This document shows, one piece after another, positions 45,305 through 64,000 of a DNA stretch of 64,000 bases. Positions within the stretch are counted from its first letter, which is position 1. Every line of letters begins with the position of its first letter. The stretch is taken from assembly GCF_009914755.1 (NCBI RefSeq), contig NC_060931.1; one strand, 5' to 3'. The DNA comes from the human T2T-CHM13v2.0 reference genome, Homo sapiens. Below the pieces are notes generated by a model. It saw only the letters and a program-made list of their open reading frames with translations. It made no database searches and had not been told where the DNA came from. The translations under genes were made by a program, and so were the position numbers.

Positions 45305-45334
45305 ACATTAGGGTAAGACTCCTCCGGCCTCCCG

Positions 45335-45346
45335 TGCGCAGGCGCA
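45335..45346. promoter_or_regulatory. NRF1 site
   Basis: TGCGCAGGCGCA, consensus match. Confidence 0.8.
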
Positions 45347-45360
45347 CGCTGATCCGGCCA

Positions 45361-45384
45361 GGAGGGGCGGGGGAGGGGCGGGAG
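45361..45384 (+). promoter_or_regulatory. Tandem SP/KLF GC boxes
   Basis: ggaggggcgggggaggggcgggag. Confidence 0.75.
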
Positions 45385-45434
45385 GAGCGGCGGGCGGCTG
45401 AGTGGGAGGTTGCGGTGGCCGCTCCCGCAGCACC

Positions 45435-45494
45435 CTGGGAGTTGAAGTCCTCGGAGGGTAACCTCCCAGGGGCACGCCGGGAGTTGAAGTCCTC
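45435..45494 (-). promoter_or_regulatory. Two ZNF143/THAP11-like motifs (16-bp direct repeat)
   Basis: gggagttgaagtcctc at 45437-45452 and 45479-45494; minus strand reads GGACTTCAACTCCC versus ACTACAnnTCCC. Confidence 0.65.
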
Positions 45495-45522
45495 TCTCAG
45501 AGGGCGGAGGGGATCGCCCACC

Positions 45523-45530
45523 TCACGTGG
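45523..45530. promoter_or_regulatory. E-box (USF/MYC class)
   Basis: tCACGTGg inside the CpG island. Confidence 0.45.
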
Positions 45531-46518
45531 CTGCTGGACTGATGCCTTTCTTCGTGTTTTGCTTCCTTCTCTGCACGCGTGTGCTGCTTCAATGTCATTT
45601 GGTCGGCGGTTTTCACTAGTGATTCCGTGTCCTCGGTGTTTGCGGAAATGTGCTACCCCAAGACTGGGGCGAGGCTAAACAGTTTTTCGGGGAGCCCGGA
45701 ATGTTTATTCTCTGCCCCGCCCACCAGGGATATCTAAAGGGGGCGGGGTGGAGGTGGAGGCAGGTTGTGGGTACGAAGAGCGCGGGATTTGATCCAGGGT
45801 GAGAATTTGATACAGACTTGGCGTCTGTTTGCGAACAAGGAGGAAACAGGCGCCTGTTTAATTCATTTCCCTGTCCTTGCGCATTTGGGGCCACCACCCT
45901 TGATCCCTTCTTCACTGTAAAATCACCAGTGAAGACATACACTAAATTGTTCTGTGCAGATTACCCAAGAGAACGGAACACCCGTGCACTTACAATAACG
46001 TGCTTCTGTTGGTGTGAATTTGAGAATTTGCGGACCTCGGTGCAAATTAGTGTTAGTTCGGTGTCCAGCCAGCACAGCTGTGTGCAAGTTTACAAACTAC
46101 ACACATCGGCACATCCCCAAGAACAATAAATGCAGCCACAATCCCTACGAGCACTGAGGAATCATCAGTCACAAAAGTCAGTCAATGTACTGGTCGCCCC
46201 GTTTGCATCCCAGAACTCTGGTGGAAGTGGCGCTCGAAGCAGTAACTTTTGCTTATTGCATGTATTCTTCACCCACTCATACAGCAAATACTCAATGAGC
46301 TCCTCCTAGCTGCCGGGTACTCTTCTATATATTGAGAATACAATGGTGAGCAAAATAGAAAAAATTCCCTGTCCCTATTCTAGTGATGTGTTGGGATGAG
46401 GAAGAGGAGAGAAGAGGCATTATTTTAAAAATACGTGATTAAAATGCATAGTATGTCATAACCGATTTTAAAAACTTAAAGCAGGGAAGGGGAGTAGGGA
46501 AAGAGGTTGCAGTTTTAA

Positions 46519-46908
<390 letters not shown>

Positions 46909-47244
46909 TAAACCTAGAGACAACAGTTACTTGGGTAAAAATTAAAATATGTAGTGAAGTCACATTTTACCCAAAGTTTGAAATTATAGAATCATGAAAT
47001 GATTACCTAGCAAGGAAACTTGGGAAATTATTTGGATTTCCCTTTAGGTAATTAAATGCCTAAACATTCAATATGGTTGACATTTTTATTTAAAAATGTG
47101 TTTATTGTTCTTGTATATATTACTGATTCTATAGTAGTATATAAACAAAGTAATGAAAAGAACAAAATAAAAAGAAGCCTTCCCATTATGAAAGATTAGA
47201 ATCATCACAGTAAAAACTGGAAGGGATCTTAAGCATCACCTAAT

Positions 47245-47555
47245 CCAGTGGCAACCTTATCTTACCCAACATTCCTTTTTTTAATAAATGTTTTTATAAT
47301 ATGCTCTTTGTTAGCCTAAAATGAAATTCATAGGTATATAAACTACCTATATACATGATTTCATCTGAAATCAAAATGATGTGCTATTTATAATATAAAT
47401 GATATGAAGAAAATATTTTATAATAAAATTGTATTTCAATATATAAATGCTCAGCATGACCATTCTAGAAATACAGTCAAGTCATGGTTTGCTAGCACTT
47501 ATAAATAAAATATCCAACACTAGGGGGCAATGCCACCCCTGTATTGAGACTGACA
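47245..47555. mobile_element. Probable hAT-Charlie (Charlie4-like) remnant inside a MIR
   Basis: AT-rich cctaaaatgaaattcatagg segment flanked by MIR-like halves (ctggaagggatcttaag...; cctaggtcacc...). Confidence 0.45.
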
Positions 47556-47746
47556 GTAAGGAGGTGACAGTTCCTAGGTCACCAATTGTAAGAGTCACTA
47601 CCATCTCAGGCCAGTACTCCTTTTACTATACTACATTGCCAGTTTTCATATGTTTATGTATGCATATGTGTATATATATACTATCATATAGACTTATGTA
47701 TGTAACACTTCATTCTCATATAATTTTAAAAGTTAACATTAAATTT

Positions 47747-51580
<3,834 letters not shown>

Positions 51581-51654
51581 AGATATTTTAAATAAATAAC
51601 ATCATTTTCAAGTTACATTCTTGGGATATATTCTCAAATATAGACTTGCTAGGC

Positions 51655-51874
51655 CAAGCTTGTCCAACCTGCAGCCCACAGGCCACATGGGGTCCAGGAT
51701 AGCTTTGAATGTGGCCCCACACAAATTCATAAACTTTCTTAAAACATTATGAGATTTTTTTTTGTGATATTTTTGTTTCAGCTATCCTTTGTGTTAGTAT
51801 ATGTTATGTGTGTCCCAAGACAATTATTCTTCTTCTAATGTGGCCCAGGGAAGCCAAAAGATTGGACACCCCTG
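51655..51874 (-). mobile_element. MER30 (hAT-Charlie MITE), full length
   Basis: TIRs caagcttgtccaa / ttggacacccctg; 8-bp TSD tgctaggc / tactaggc. Confidence 0.92.
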
Positions 51875-52049
51875 TACTAGGCCAAAGGAAATGATCAGTT
51901 TCATGACCCTTGTTATGGCTAGATTGCTTTAATATTAATGCATTCTAAAGCCACTTTATTCGTGGGACTTTTTTTTTTTTTTTCCAAAAACCCATTAATT
52001 TTGTGGGTTTTTTTCTGTTATTTAGTTAGTTTTAATCACTTACTTAGTA

Positions 52050-52660
52050 TTTGAGTGTTAAATATTGGGTATATGGTGGTAAACAAAACACTAAACTCAG
52101 AGATCTTAGGGTTGAAAAGGAGAGACAGACCACAAGTAAAATAATAAGCAAATTACTTATACTGTCAAAGTATTAGGAAGGACAAAGAACAGAATGATAA
52201 GAGAAATATCAGGAAGGGATTTACTTTAGATTGGAAAGCCTCTCTGAAGAGATGACTTAATCTGAGATTAAAAGGATTTGAAGAGATTATCCATTTAATG
52301 AATGGCCTATGCCAAGACCCGAAGCAGGAAGAAGTTGAGCATATTCCAGGAATGGAAAGTTAGCCTGTGAAGTTGGGTCAGAGAACACAAAGGCAGAGTG
52401 GTAGGAGATGAGGTTAAGGAAGGAAGTAAAATCCAGATTATGCAGGGCTTTACATGAAGTTTGGATAAGAGACAATTGAATGATTTGAAGCTGGAGAGTG
52501 ACACGACTCAATTTATCTTTTCAAAAGACCACTGGGGCTGTCATGTGGCAAGTAGATCAGAGATAGGCGGTGAATGGAGAAGTGGAGAGACCAGTGAGGA
52601 CACTACTGCAGAAGTGCAGCCTGGAGATAATGCATGGCTTGGACCAGGGCAGGGCTGGGA
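52050..52660 (-). mobile_element. L2 3' region
   Basis: ggaaagcctctctgaagagatgac, atccagattatgcagggcttt, purine-rich + strand. Confidence 0.75.
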
Positions 52661-52709
52661 CTAGGTTAGGGGAGTAAGGCAGCGTTTGCCTTGGGCACAA
52701 CATTTTAAA

Positions 52710-53812
<1,103 letters not shown>

Positions 53813-54614
53813 ACTTCATAGCAGAATTTTAAAAGCATTTGCTTTAAAACATGACAAGGATACTCACTACTATCATGATTACTATTTAACATCATACTAG
53901 AGGGGCTAGCCAATGCAAAAAGACATAAAAAAGAAATAAGACATATATAAACTAGAAAGAAAGAAAAAACTCACTATATTCAGTTATAATGATTGTCAGT
54001 ATGGAAAATATATGAATAAATAACAAAAACTAAAAGCAATTCAGTTCATAATATAAACATACAAAAACCAGCAGTATTCCTATATATCAGCCACAAGAAT
54101 ACAAAACCATATGAAAAATGCACATGACTAAATAGTAAGACTTGTTAAAACTTGGTAAGGAGTGTTTACAGAGTCATTGGGATTTGTGGCTTCCAGTAAT
54201 AAAGAGCATGCAAGGTGATTCTGACCAAACTTCTCTCTTATTATGCGAAGGGGGCAGAAGAACACACACCACAAATGCTGCATAGTGTAAATGTAAAATA
54301 AGATTTAGTGGGGAAAAAATACTGGCAGAGATGCAGCAAAGCATTATTCCCTATTATCCCACAGAGACACAACTTCCATAAATAGGCTAGGTATACTCCC
54401 CTCCCAAAAAAGGGGCGATTCCAGGTGATAGACTGCACTCCTGTGATGTTTTACCTACTTACTGAGAATGGGAAATAGGGAGTAGGCAATTATATAACAA
54501 TGAGAACTTCCTGGTTGGGAATAACCTTGTTAGAAAGGAGCAGCTCCTGGAGTTCAGATTCTGATAATATTCCTTTTCTCAGACCTGCTGAAGCAGGTTC
54601 TTGCTAGGCTACTT

Positions 54615-55400
<786 letters not shown>

Positions 55401-55569
55401 TAATGAAAAAGAAACGAATGAATTTCCAGTACCATCCAGATTTGTCTTCACTTTCTGGCTCTTGAAGGTCATTAAAGATAAGTCCTTTATCCTTTCATTA
55501 AAGATAACTAACAAGAGATTTGATAAATACCAGAAGCATTTGCTAAAAAGCATAAAAGACATAAAAATA

Positions 55570-57957
<2,388 letters not shown>

Positions 57958-58319
57958 GGAACTCAGTGTATGGCTTTAACAGATGATTATGCAGAGCTGA
58001 AAAGAAAATTAGTGAACTAGATGGTAGAAGATTTATTCGTAGTAAAACTCATAGAGATAAAATGAAGTAAAATACAAAATAGAGAAGAGATATATATGAT
58101 ACAAAGAAATGGTCTAGTATAATTAGTATCCCTGAAGAGAAGAGAGAGAAAATGGAGTTAAGGCAGTATTTGGAGATAATGGCTGTGAATTTCCCAGAAC
58201 TGATGAGGGACCTCAATTCATTGATTCAAGATGCCCAGTGATTCCCAAAAAGGTAAAAGAAAGGAAAGAAAGCTATGTGTGTTCATTCTGGGGCCCAGAC
58301 TGAAGGGGCAGCAGTGCTT

Positions 58320-60335
<2,016 letters not shown>

Positions 60336-60339
60336 ATCA

Positions 60340-63808
<3,469 letters not shown>

Positions 63809-64000
63809 CACCTTCTGTTTATGGTGATGTTGTGTTCTTGGAATACGTGTATATATTAGTTAAGGGCAGTAAATAAAGAGAATGATCTGGAAAGATGTTG
63901 AGAGTATTTGTTGATCACAGAGTAGAAATACTAAAGGACTCTGTGGAAGAGTTTGGGAGGAAGGAGAAGGGGTGAGAACTGAATCGGATGGCAGAAAGAA

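Larger units (their letters stand above)
45112..45325 (-). other. CNOT4: Non-coding exon 1 (5' UTR); 5' end approximate
   Basis: Donor CGG|GTGAGT at 45112/45111; YY1-like AAGATGGTGGC near the 5' end with NRF1 and GC boxes upstream. The sequence resembles my recollection of the CNOT4 5' UTR, whose first intron is long. Confidence 0.55.
44800..46250. promoter_or_regulatory. CpG island promoter
   Basis: Only GC-rich, CpG-retaining non-Alu segment in the window; contains clustered promoter motifs. Confidence 0.92.

Noticed and set aside
45121-45678. 185-aa + strand ORF and neighbouring CpG-island ORFs
   Set aside because: TTG start, Arg/Pro/Gly-rich composition expected from stop-poor GC-rich DNA, no recognisable domain

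Overview
Primate (human-like) genomic DNA with no supportable protein-coding exon. The window holds one CpG-island promoter (~44.8-46.2 kb) driving a minus-strand gene. Its non-coding first exon ends at a canonical donor (CGG|GTGAGT at 45112/45111), so positions 1-45111 appear to be a very long first intron and 45.4-64 kb is upstream sequence. From memory of the 5'UTR and gene architecture the gene is tentatively CNOT4; this is not verified. The promoter has YY1/TISU-like, NRF1, GC-box, tandem ZNF143/THAP11-like and E-box motifs. The exon carries a start-stop plus a strong-Kozak 12-codon uORF whose stop lies in a hairpin. The rest is about 70 Alus plus L1, L2, MIR, Tigger3, MER30, MER33, MST, MLT1 and ERVL-16 remnants. 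The most unexpected structure is a set of locally templated or fold-back insertions: a 78-bp, 96%-identical inverted copy ~1.8 kb from its template with a palindromic junction, and several smaller multi-template patches. Repeat subfamily names are from recognition only and boundaries are approximate. I see no evidence of a novel protein-coding system.
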